A DNA stretch of 64,000 nt from Zancudomyces culisetae HAW-14-8 (Eukaryota > Fungi > Kickxellomycota), in contig JBNJNM010000008.1 in the NCBI GenBank assembly GCA_052426225.1, forward strand, positions 992,001-1,056,000. The letters run 5' to 3'. The notes below the pieces were generated by a model. The model did not search any database. It saw only the letters and a list, made by a program, of their open reading frames with translations, and was not told where the DNA came from. A program made the position numbers and the translations under genes. This document shows, piece by piece, positions 52,512 to 64,000 of this stretch. The first letter of the stretch is position 1, and each line of letters opens with the position of its first letter.

Positions 52512-55500
52512 ATGTTTAGTAAAAGAGCAGAAAAGTTGAGAGAGGATACTACTGATGATGAATCAGAGGAGGTCGAAGTACAGGAGACGAGCGTTCCTGA
52601 ACCAACAACTGACCGAATACCTCTAAATATGAACTTTACGTTCAACAGAGGAATTCCAGATGTAGCAATGTTCGATAGCAACACTACTACAAACGTGGAA
52701 GAATGGCTCGATAGGTATGAGCTAATGGCTAGGATCAACAGCTGGATGGAAAAAGACAAGATTGATTTCTTAGAATTGTTTTTAACGGGGAAAGACCTTC
52801 GATGGTACAAGATCAATAAGTCTAAACTAGAAAAATGGAAAAAGGTTCGTGAGGAATTCCTGGAAAAGTTTGAAGGTAAAGACAGAGAGGCACGAGCGTG
52901 GAATCAACTGCAAAGCCTTAAACAAAGTGACTACCTCGACTTTGAAGATTTTGAGACGGAGTTCAGCAAACTGGTCTCAACAGTCGATATTAAAGACGAA
53001 CGGATCAGACTTAAGTTTTTTGTAGACGCTCTTAACCCCAAGTATCAAAGGCAAATTTTAAAAGCCAAAGTTAAGGATGTCAAATCTGCCATAGCAATAA
53101 TCCAGGCAGAAGAGGATGTCGAGAAAATATTACCTACTGTCAGGGAAACATCAGAAAAACCAAAAAGCACTAGTAGGAAGGTGATGAAGGTACATAAATC
53201 TAATGAGGGACCAGATATGTACGAGGCGTTGATTAAAAAGTTTGACGAGCTTTCACTTAATCTTCTAGCTAGATTAGAAAAGAGACCCAATTACTCTGAA
53301 AAGTCTGCTCCACAACCAAGAAGACCGTTCAAGAAAGTGGAATGTACATACTGCAAAAGGCCAGGGCATGAGGCCGCAGCGTGCTACAAGAGGCAGAAGG
53401 ACCAAAAACAAGAAATTAACTGCATAGAGATAGAAAGAAAAACAGATGGAAACAAAGATACGGAACTCTATGCAGTGGACAAACGGAAGAGAGACGAAAA
53501 CAATGGCATGGATTTTCAGCCAGCTCATGCAAAAATCCGTGTGGCACAAAAAGAACCTAACAAAACGGGGCCAGTAATCAAACCAGCTACCCTAAGAGTT
53601 AGGAAGAAAATGGATATTAGACTATCGGAGAACATTCAAAAGTTTTCGATAGGTTCAGAGTTGGATAAATTAAAACCAGATATTTCACTTGGTCAACTGT
53701 TACAGTCTTCACCCGAAATCAGGAAAGAGTTGGTCGATCTCTTTAAGAAGATAGAAGCCAAGGAGCTGAACACCATTGTAGAAGATAGGACAACCACCAC
53801 AAACTGCAAAGCTTACATTGAAGTATTTGGAAAGCACCAGCTCACAGTTATTGATACAGGTGCAGCATGTTCAGTAATCTCAGAGCAATTTATGGACATG
53901 TTAGGTTTAAAAATTGAGCAAAAAGATCACTCAATGCTCATAACCGCTGATGGCACCAAGCATGAGACACTGGGAATAATCAGAGATGTTCCATTTGTTA
54001 TAGCAGGGTTCATTTTCCCAGGAGATTTAGTAGTTATGGAAGGAGGATTAAACCGGATGGTGTTGGGAGCAGATTGGTTACTGAAACACCAGGCCAACAT
54101 CGATTTGAGCAACATGGAGCTGCTCTTACCAACGGTAGAAGGGGACGTTGTAGTTTCACTGATGATAACTGAAACAGATGGTCCAAAACAGACAAACGAG
54201 TATGAATACTACTCGATGATCAAGGAAGTCGATAACCGCGAACAGAAAGAAAAACTACCAGAAAATATTGCAGAAGTGCTCAAAGAGTATGCAGAGATAT
54301 TCGTGGATGACTTGCTAGAACTCCAGCAAACAAATGTGTTGGAACACAGTATTGATACTGGAGATTCAAACCCAGTAAGAGTGCGACCATACAGAATAGC
54401 TCACCACCTAAGGGAACAGGTGAGGGAAGAACTAAAAATTATGGAACAAAGAGGGATCATAGAGCCATGTCAATCAGACTGGTGTGCACCGGTAGTTGTA
54501 GTCAAAAAGAAAAACGGAAAACTTCGGATCTGTTCTGACTACCGCAAACTCAACATGATTACCAGAAAAGATCTTTATCCTCTACCCATAATTGACGACA
54601 TACTGGCAGCATTCGGAGAAGCAGGAGTATTCAGTGTAGTCGATGCCATGAGTGGATTCTGGCAGGTACGTATGAACAGCGCGGATAAACACAAGACCTC
54701 GTTTGCATTACCAGGTGATGGTATGTATTGCTATAATGTAATGCCGTTTGGATTATGCAATAGTCCGGCAACATTCCAAAAGATGATGGAACGAGTACTG
54801 CAAAAGTACTCTGGAAGTTTGCTATTGTGTTTGTAGATGACATAATCATCTATTCAAAGAACACAGAAGACCACACTCAACATCTTAGAGAAGTGTTTGA
54901 GTTATTGAAGCAACACAAGGTGCAACTCCACAAAGAAAAATGTGAGTTTGCAAAGACCGAAATCAAGTATCTGGGATATACGGTCTCTAAACATGGCATT
55001 TCTACCAACAAGGATAAAATAGAGGCCATGGAAAAAGTAACCGCACCAAGGAACGTCAAAGAGATTCAATCGTTCTTGGGGCTCACAGGTTACTACAGAA
55101 AATTTATAGAGGGATACGCATTGATAGTAAAGCCGCTTACAGAGCTATTAAAGAAGGACGTACCCTGGACTTGGAGCGCAAGTTGTGAAGAGTCGGTTAA
55201 AACACTAATTAAAAAACTAACAGAAGCACCGACTCTGGCACACCCAAATTGGGAACAGGCATTTATACTCACAACGGATGCATCTGGAATTGGATTGGGG
55301 GCAATTCTATCTCAAGTACAAAATGGGGAAGAAAGACCCATAGCATATGCCAGTAGAACAAACAACAGGCATGAACAGAACTACTCAATCACACACTTGG
55401 AAGGATTGGCAGTAGTTTGGGGAGTCAAAAAGTTTAAGCACTACCTGTATGGAAAGAGGTTCAAGATTCGAACCGACCATATGGCATTGTTAAAAGTTTT

Positions 55501-56953
55501 TGATTCTCAAGAGTTAAATGGAAGAGTCGCTAGATGGGCCATGTTCCTAAGAGAGTACGACTTTGAATTGGAGCATTGCCGCGGTCCAAATAATCCTACT
55601 GATTATTTATCCAGGAACGTAGAGACCGGAGAAAAGGAAAACAAGATAACAAAGTATGAGGAACTAATGGTAATCGATGTCTTACATCATAAAGCCATTG
55701 AGAACTACCTCAGAGATTTCAGCTACCCGCTACGAGCTGATGAGGAGTTCAGAGCCAAGCTAAGAAAAAGAGCAAAGCCGTATAAACTAGTAAACGGTAA
55801 AGTATGCAAGTACTCTAGGGAATCAGGAATCCGAGAAGTGTTACACAGCGACAATGCTAAGTTAATGATAAGAGAAATTCATGAAGAAGGACACGAAGGG
55901 ATTCTAAACACTCTCAATAGAGTGAAAAATAAATATGTAGGAAGAGGCTTGCGTAAAATTGTAGAAGAAGTGGTACAAGAATGCGAACGGTGCCAAAAAT
56001 ATGAAGAAGGCGAATTTAGAAGAACGGAAATGCATCCGATAATTGCGCCTGCACCATTCCAAATCATGGGTATAGATGTAGTAGGACCCATTAACCCTAT
56101 ATCAAAATCTGGGAATAGATTTATCATCACAGCGATAGACTATTTTACTAGGTGGCCCATTGCGGTACCAGTAACAAATTTCCAGTCAGAAACCATCGTA
56201 GAATTTCTATTAAGTAAGGTAGTACAGGAGTTTGGAGTACCAACTCAGTTAATTTCAGACAGAGGCAGTTCATTTGTATCAGAAATAACTACGGAGTTAT
56301 ACAAGCAGTTGGGAATAAAACACACACCAACTACTGCTTTCAGGCCTCAGACTAACGGACAAGTCGAGAGATTTCATAGAACATTTAAGAATGTCTTAGC
56401 AAAAATATGCGTAATGGACAGAGACAACTGGGATAGTTATATTTGGAAAGCCCTACTGGTTGTTAGATCAATGAAAAACAGATCTACTGGGTTCAGTCCA
56501 TCAGAGATGTTATATGGTGTAAAAATGCAAACACCATCAACTTGGATGCCGCCGGCTGAAATTGATAACTTAGAGGAAGAAATATTGCAGAGAATGAGAG
56601 TCGTGCAGATCAGTATTCCAAAGATGAGAGAAAAAGCTATGGAAAATAACGCAAATTCAAAGTCAGTAATGAAGCAGAGATACGACAAAGTGGTAAAGCG
56701 TTATCAGTTCAAAGAAGGAGACCTAGTATTAAAAAGAATAAGTGGACCTGGAGGCAAGTTTGACCCAATCTGGGAAGGTCCTTACGAAATCATCAAGTGT
56801 TACACAAAAGGCGTGTATTTGATCAAAGACCCAGACGGAAACATGGATACAGTGAACGGCGATAGATTAAAGGCCTACAAGTATTCAGAAAGAATGGTCC
56901 CCGAAGTAGTTCCAAGTTCTTTAAGAACTAAAATCAGAAGATACAGGAATTAA
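52512..56953 (+). CDS. gag-pol polyprotein of element E with one frameshift near 54800
   Basis: CTYCKRPGHEAAAC, IDTGA, MPFGL, FVDD, TDAS, integrase, GPY; adding one A in CAAAAG joins the two ORFs. Confidence 0.93.
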
Positions 56954-57586
56954 TCACGGAGCGAAAGCTGGAGGGGGGACATTGTTGTATGCAAAAGCAT
57001 CAACTTAAATTTACCGCTTTCATTGCAGCAAAATAGCAGAGAAATCAATTTTGAAAAAATTGTTTCCTGCGCAACTCAATTTAGAGTACAAAAATTATGA
57101 CCATGTCATAAATTTTTGTCAATTTTACAGCCAATTTAATAGTACTAATCGATTTATTTTTTAATCGAATCGATTTTATACTTTATTAGTGGATTTATTT
57201 TTAATCAATTTTATTAGTAAATTATTAGTATAAATTGAAAAATTTGTAAATCCGACCAAAACCACACTAAAAGTAAAAATAAACATATATAGAGAGGCGT
57301 AATACTATTTTTTAGTGTAAGGAAAGGGCCATTTTGGCTATATTTTCCAGGTTTTGGGAGGAATTCTATTAAATAAAATTATTTTTACCAAAAATTGTGG
57401 AAATTGTCCAGTTGTGTTCTTTCCGAGGGGGTTTTATAGATAGTGGTTAACTGGCTAGAAATGGTAAATCCTGTGTCAGTAATAACCACCCTTCTAGGGA
57501 ACCGTGATTGATATTAGTGGAAGTTTTTTTGGGAAAATCCTATTGGACTAGTACTAAAAAATGAAAACGAACTCAACAACGACACA

Positions 57587-57668
57587 GTCACTTTGGCGGA
57601 GTGGTTAACGCGGTGGCCTGCTAAGCCATTTCCCTCTGGGAGCGCAGGTTCGAATCCTGCAGGTGACG
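57587..57668 (+). tRNA. tRNA-Ser (GCT)
   Basis: Acceptor GTCACTT/AGGTGAC+G, anticodon loop CTGCTAA, long variable arm, T loop TTCGAAT. Confidence 0.96.
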
Positions 57669-57670
57669 TT

Positions 57671-57743
57671 AGAGCTATGGTGTAGTGGCTATCACGTCTG
57701 CTTTACACGCAGAAGGTCTTGGGTTCGATCCCCAATAGCTCTA
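57671..57743 (+). tRNA. tRNA-Val (TAC)
   Basis: Acceptor AGAGCTA/TAGCTCT+A, anticodon arm TCTGC-TTTACAC-GCAGA, T arm TTGGG-TTCGATC-CCCAA. Confidence 0.96.
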
Positions 57744-57758
57744 TTTTGACAATCTTTT
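57744..57758 (+). terminator. Probable Pol III terminator (two T4 runs)
   Basis: TTTT directly after tRNA-Val and a second TTTT just downstream. Confidence 0.55.
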
Positions 57759-58323
57759 ATCCTGTTTAGTATAACGGCTACATATTTTTTGCTAGCGAAT
57801 CAACTGCGATACCTTAGCATAATATAACTACCAATTAACTTGTAGTTATTTTATATCTAAATATTTATAACAGTAAAGTTGATTATCTGAACGATCAGGG
57901 AATAAAAGCGAAGCGGACAAGGAAAATAAACATCTTTAGCATTTCTTAGCGGAATATACTTTACATATACGTTTTTATATACTTAATAATTGAAATTAAC
58001 ACTACATTGAGATAGTTTACTTAGTGTTTTATTATTATTACAACAATAATAAAAGTTATTAAAAACATTCATATTACGGCAAACAGAACTAGTTAAGTGA
58101 TCCGAGACCTGAGTATAACTGACACAATCAGTGCTATACCAAACTCAGCCATCACATTAGCTGAAAAATATATCAGATAACTTATAACATCTACAATATA
58201 TTACAATTGGGGGCTCTGCCGGGAATTTAATCTCCATATATCTCAGTTGAGGGAGAATTGAATGTTTATTTACAAAAAGATTCAATTACAGTAGTACAAC
58301 AACGTCAAAGTATACAGATTCAA

Positions 58324-61300
58324 ATGATGGAAAAGCCTGTCATATTTGAGGCTCAAGGTTCATTAGATCCAAAAGAGTGGATTTACAGGTACAAATTAAT
58401 AGCTAAAGTAAACAAATGGACTGATACTGATGCTATCGAATTGATACAACTTTATTTGGGAAAAAAGGAATTACAATGGTATAAGAAAAACATAAAAGAG
58501 TTTAAAGACTGGGATACTCTAGTTACCAAGTTTACAGAGAAATATTCAAGCAAAGAGATGAACTTTGTTTACTGGAAGAAAATCCAGATGATCAAACAGG
58601 AAGATTTTGCCTCAATTGAAGACTTCGAGTTGGAGCTTGAGGAATTGTTTGAGAAGGCAGAAGTAACAGATGAAGGTGTCAAATGGAACTGTTTGATGAA
58701 CGCGCTAAGTGAGAAAAACAAGCGCAAAGTTTTAGAATCAGACCATAAGAAGTGGGCAGATACGATCAAGCTCATTAAGAAGTCTGAACAGATCAAAGCC
58801 GTAGTAAAACCAAAGCCGCTTAGCTCCAAAGACAGATTAAATGAAGCCAGAAAAAGATTTCAGGATAGCAGAGAAAAGTTCGAGCAGCGAAACAAGATGA
58901 GAGAAAAGGCGAAGCAGGACAATGACTATAACGACATGATGAAGCAGTTTGAGAAGCTAAGTGTTAATGTTATGAATAAAGTAGATGAAGTGGTGGATAG
59001 GAGATTTAATAATACAAGAGGGAGAACTTACCATGATCGTTTTATACCCACATGCTACCACTGTGGAAGGAAAGGACACCGAAGGTATGAATGCAGACAT
59101 CTAGTTCAAAGAGATACAGAGGAGGACACAAGCAGTGAAGACTCGGATGATTTAAACTGTATCGAGGTCGAAGATGTTAGCTGTGATGAAGTTTTTGGAG
59201 CAGACCGCGTGGATAAAAATAAACCTGCCATCGGACCCTATAAAAAAAAGGAATATTTAAATAATAATATTAAAAAATTTGAAGTTAAATTAAAAGAAAA
59301 TAAAATAAAAAATACAAAAGTTATAAAACCAAATAAAGCAATTAAAGAGATCGAAATGAAGAAAGCACCTACTTTAAGAAGTCGAGAATCGGACCCGAAA
59401 GCAAAAGCGTATACAAAGAAGAAATACACGATTAAAGCGGCAGAAAACACAGACATTTACTCACTCAAGGAAGATTTAGGAGCGGTATACCCTAAAATTA
59501 GTATGATACAATTACTAGAAGCTTCACCAAAACTTGCAAAGGAAATGGTTAACTTGTGCAAACGGGTAGAGGATAAAGAGGTAAATGAAATAAAATATAA
59601 AGAGACAAAAAATAGTAATGACAAGGTTACCGTGGAAGTATTTGGACAGGAAGTAAAAACAATTCTGGATACCGGTGCAGCTTGCTCGGTTGCTACGCCA
59701 GAGTTAGTCGAAAATTGGGGTCTCGAGGTAGAACGAGATACTACCAAATGATCATTACTGCAGACGGAAGTAAACATGCATCATTGGGAAAAGTACTGGA
59801 CGTCCCTATAAGGATAGGAAAACAGGTATTCAATGCCGATCTTACAGTAATGGATAGATACGATCAATCGTTAATATTGGGTACCGACTGGTTAGTCAGA
59901 CACAAAGCAACAATAGATCTTGAACTATCACAACTAATTATTTCAAATGGAGGGTTTTCTGTTCACTTACCGTTAAAAACTTCAAAGGCAACAGTACTGA
60001 CAAGCTACGACGAATCCGAACTTTATGCTATAGTTAAAGAGAAATACATTGAAGTTGATAATAGTTTAGTAGATACAGATGAGAGAATAATAAAGTTAGT
60101 TCAACAGTATAAAGGGATGTTTGTAAACGAATTGGAATAATTAAAACAGTCTAACACAGCCGAACACAAAATCATACTTACGGAAGATACTCCAATAAAA
60201 CAGAGGCCATACAGGATACCTCAGGCAAAGCAACAACTAGTAAGAAAGGAACTGGAGCTTATGGAACAGCATGGAATTATCTCGCCAGCTTCTTCACCAT
60301 GGTGTTCACCTGTGGTAGTAGTAACAAAAAAAAATGGTAAGCTTAGAGTGTGTGCAGATTACAGGAAATTAAATAGTATTACAAAGAAGGATACTTACCC
60401 GTTACCTGTCATCGACGACATTTTCATGGCCTTGTCCGGAGCGACGGTTTTCAGCAGCCTGGACGCTATGTCAGGCTTCTGGCAGATCCCTATGTTTAAA
60501 GAAGACAGAGATAAGACAGCGTTTGCCATTCCCGGAGGAGGAAGTTATGTATATAATGTAATGCCGTTTGGTTTAACCAACAGTCCGGCTACATTTCAAA
60601 GAGTAATGGAAGAGGTCTTACATGATGTTCTGTGGTCCTGTGCAATTGTTTTTGTCGACGATATTATTATCTGTTCGAAGGATATGGAACAGCATTTAGA
60701 AGATTTAGAAAAAGTATTTAAGTTATTACAGGCAAGAAATATTCAGCTACATAAAGACAAATGTGATATAGGAAAGGAGGAAATAACTTACTTAGGGCAT
60801 ACAGTATCAAAGGATGGAATTGGTACCTGCAAAGATAAACTAGTGTCAGTAAAGAAATTAGCACCACCTAAAAACGTTAAAGAAGTACAATCAATATTAG
60901 GACTAACTGGTTATTATAGGAAGTTTATATATAATTATAGTAAAATATGTTTACCATTGACAAATTTACTGAAGAAAGACAAGGAGTGGAAATGGACAGA
61001 AACAGAGGATGAAGCATTAAGAAGCCTCAAGAATGCGTTGCTAGACGCACCAGTGCTAGCTCATCCAGATTGGGAACGAACGTTCATCGTCACGACCGAT
61101 GCGTCAATTGACGGGATCGGTGCAATAATCTCACAGAAATATGAATCGGGTGAAAGACCTATTGCATACATAAGTAGAAAAACAACCAAACACGAGAGAA
61201 ACTACTCCATAAGCCACCTGGAAGGCTTAGCTGTCGTTTGGGCGGTTGTTAAGTTTAAATATTATATTTGGGGAAGAAAATTTATTATAAAAACAGATCA

Positions 61301-62720
61301 TAAGAGTTTATTAAACCTGTTTAATGGAAAAGAACTTACTGGGAGAGTAGCCAGATGGGCCATGCTACTCAGAAACTATGATTACGAGATACAGCACTTG
61401 CCGAGCAAAAAGAACCCAGCAGACAGCTTGTCAAGACTCTCAATGGAAACGGCGACAGACGAGGAGGAAGATGATGCAGAATATGTCGATCTAAATTGCT
61501 TAGAGATAGGTGAATATAATAGAATAATAGATAATTTAATGACTTCAGATAATTTACTTGAAAACCAGGACGAATCTAGATCAGCCAGCGATGCTCACAG
61601 CGGGAAAAGATACATTCTCAAAGACGGTGAATTATATATAAAAATCGGAAATACTGAAAAGCAGGTATTAAATACTGATAACGCAAGCGAAGAGATATGT
61701 AAAGTGCATTTTGAGACGCACGAAGGCGTAGAAAACACTTTCAAACGAATCAAGCAAAGGTTTTATGGGAAGAATTTATTTAAAATTTCACAAGGAGTAG
61801 TACGAAGCTGCGAAGTTTGCCAACTATTTAAAGGGAACAAGAGTAGAAAAAATTACCTTAATACGGTAGAGGGAAACCGCCCATTCGAGATATGGGGAAT
61901 CGACGCCATGGGTCCAATTAACCCAGTATCGAAGAGCGGAAATCGATATATTCTGACTGCCATCGACTACTGCACCAAATGGCCAGTAGCTTTACCGGTT
62001 CCTAACCTACTTAGTAGTACAATAATTAATTTCATTATATACAAAATAGTTATGGACTATGGAGTCCCGACCCAATTAATTACAGATCAAGGTTCAAGTT
62101 TCATGTCCGAAGCAACCAAGGCAGTATACAAGTGGTTGGGCATAAAACATGCACCCACCTCAGGCTACCGACCCCAGAGCAACGGACAGGTCGAACGCTT
62201 GAATAGATCTATAAAGTCAATAATGGCTAAACAAATAGATGAGGACTACCTTAACTGGGATACCTACCTTTGGAAGACACTGCTAATACTGAGGACCCTT
62301 AGCAGTAAGACGACTGGATTTACACCGGCGGAACTACTATACGGAAAGGATCTAACTATGGCACACAACTGGACTCCCACGAACCTAATCGACAGAAGAA
62401 ACGAGTTAGTGCACCACAGAATAGAGTTCCTTAGCACCGGGCTTAAGCAAATTCGAGAACTAGGTTTGGATAATTCGAAAGTTAAAAAATTGAAACAAAA
62501 TGGATACTACGATATAAAAGTTAAAGAAAAATTATTTAGGAAAAACGACATCGTTTTGAAATTCATCGAAGGCGAAAAAACGAAATTTCAAAGAATTTGG
62601 AAAGGACCGTACAAAGTCGAAAAATTTTTGATAAACGGAACATACGTAATTGTCAGTAGCGAAGGAAATAGCGAACTAGTCAATGGCGACACTTTAAAAT
62701 TATTTCACGAATCAAACTAA
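58324..62720 (+). pseudogene. gag-pol of element M (frameshift near 59745, TAA at 60138..60140)
   Basis: CYHCGRKGHRRYEC, LDTGA, FVDD, TDAS, integrase, GPY. Confidence 0.93.
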
Positions 62721-62779
62721 CCAATTAATTAATTATTTACTTGAAATGTTCCTAAATTGATAAGAAAAAAATTAATAAT

Positions 62780-62910
62780 AATAATCGAATTGATAAAAAT
62801 CAGAAAACACGAAACGACATGATAAAAATCAGAAAAGACAATAAATCGAATTGAAAAAAAAAAAAATCAGAAAAGACAAAAAATCGAATTGATAAAAATC
62901 AGAAAATTTA
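62780..62910 (+). repeat. Imperfect tandem repeat in the 3' UTR of M
   Basis: AATCGAATTGATAAAAATCAGAAAA-like units about 4 times. Confidence 0.75.
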
Positions 62911-64000
62911 ACAAAGCTACAACATAAAAATCATAAAATATAATAATCCAAAAACATTAATATATACTTTATTTTAACAGAATTTAGGGCGAGATTAACG
63001 ATATGGAAAACATATAAGAAAAGAAAAAAAGTAACATTTAGAACGAAATTGGAACAACGAGAGTCGAGATTATCGAAATGAGATTTGAAAAGCGGAGTAT
63101 AGGAGATTAGGAATCGAAATTGAAGTTTCGAGATTCGAGATGAGGACACTTCGAAATAAAGCGGGGGGTATTGTAGTATAACGGCTACATACTTTTTGCT
63201 AGCGAATCAACTGCGATACCTTAGCATAATATAACTACCAATTAACTTGTAGTTATTTTATATTTAAATATTTATAATAGTAAAGCTGAATATCTGAACG
63301 ATCAGTAAAATAAAAGCGAAGCGGACAACGAAAAAACATCTTTAGTCTTTCTTAACAGAATATACTTTACATATACGTTTTTTACATACTTAGTAATTGA
63401 AATTAACACTACGTTGAGATAGTTTACTTAGTATTTTATTATTATTACAACAATAATAAAAGTTTTTAAAACAGTCTTATTACGGCAAACAGAACTAGTT
63501 AAGTGATCCGAGACCTGAGTATAACTGACACAATCAGTGCTATACCAAACTCAGCCATCACATTAGCTGAAAAATATATCAGATAACTTATTACATCTAC
63601 TATATTTTACAATATCAAATGTAATTGCTGATTAGTTATACAACTATTTTTCAGTTTTATCAGTTCTTGTAGCAACCAATTGTTCTGATTGCTTATTAGA
63701 ATGTTATAATAAACAATTTTGTTTATTAACTAACGTATGTATTCTAAAATGTATTTATGCCTACTGTAATTATTATATATATTTGTCTTTGTAAATTAAA
63801 TCTGTTCAGAAAAGGCTTATATTGTTATTTTAAATGCCCCCACTTGTTAAAATTCGTTTTATACACATTACCTATATATTATGTTTATACTATAGATTAT
63901 GTTTGCTATCATTTTGTCATTATTTATGTGCCATTTGATATTTCATACACGTGTTGTATTTATTACTAAATTGCTGCGCAATTTCTCAAATATCATATTA

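Larger units (their letters stand above)
49018..57578 (+). mobile_element. Ty3/Gypsy element E; LTRs 49018..49613 and 56983..57578; 4-bp TSD ACGA; ends 8 bp upstream of tRNA-Ser
   Basis: 596-bp LTRs with about 4 differences; PBS TGGGGGCTCTGCCGGGAAT (tRNA-Pro type); polypurine tract GGAGGGGGGA. Confidence 0.97.
57765..63611 (+). mobile_element. Ty3/Gypsy element M; LTRs 57765..58205 and 63172..63611
   Basis: LTRs of about 440 bp, more diverged than E; same tRNA-Pro-type PBS at 58208; polypurine tract GCGGGGGG; no clear TSD. Confidence 0.94.

Noticed and set aside
1030-63969. Many short ORFs antisense to or overlapping gag-pol
   Set aside because: No motifs; expected shadows of A-rich coding strands.
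1-64000. RIP-type hypermutation
   Set aside because: Some stops arise from C-to-T changes, but young LTR pairs differ at only a few sites and long ORFs survive.

Overview
AT-rich eukaryotic (probably fungal) repeat region with no recognisable host protein gene. It holds seven full or near-full Ty3/Gypsy LTR retrotransposons (arbitrary labels A, C, F, E, M plus two chromoviruses), over 20 solo or partial LTRs, a decayed Gypsy, an L1/Tx1-like LINE, a Tc1 transposase fragment and a tRNA-Ser(GCT)/tRNA-Val(TAC) pair only 2 nt apart. The main result is that the LTRs are not scattered. About ten families are stacked end to end, mostly 1-9 bp apart, in two mirror-image piles. The right pile ends 8 bp upstream of the tRNA-Ser gene, and overlapping 4-bp target-site duplications (TSDs) show repeated insertion into the same few bases. 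This looks like a multi-family, Pol III-targeted, time-ordered insertion archive. Other highlights: a roughly 2.4-kb ORF-free, hairpin-dense RNA-like leader in the tRNA-proximal element; a conserved 116-codon ORF inside an LTR that reads through the primer-binding site (PBS) into Gag; and Tf1-type self-priming and -1 frameshift signals in the chromoviruses. All alignments and counts were done by eye.
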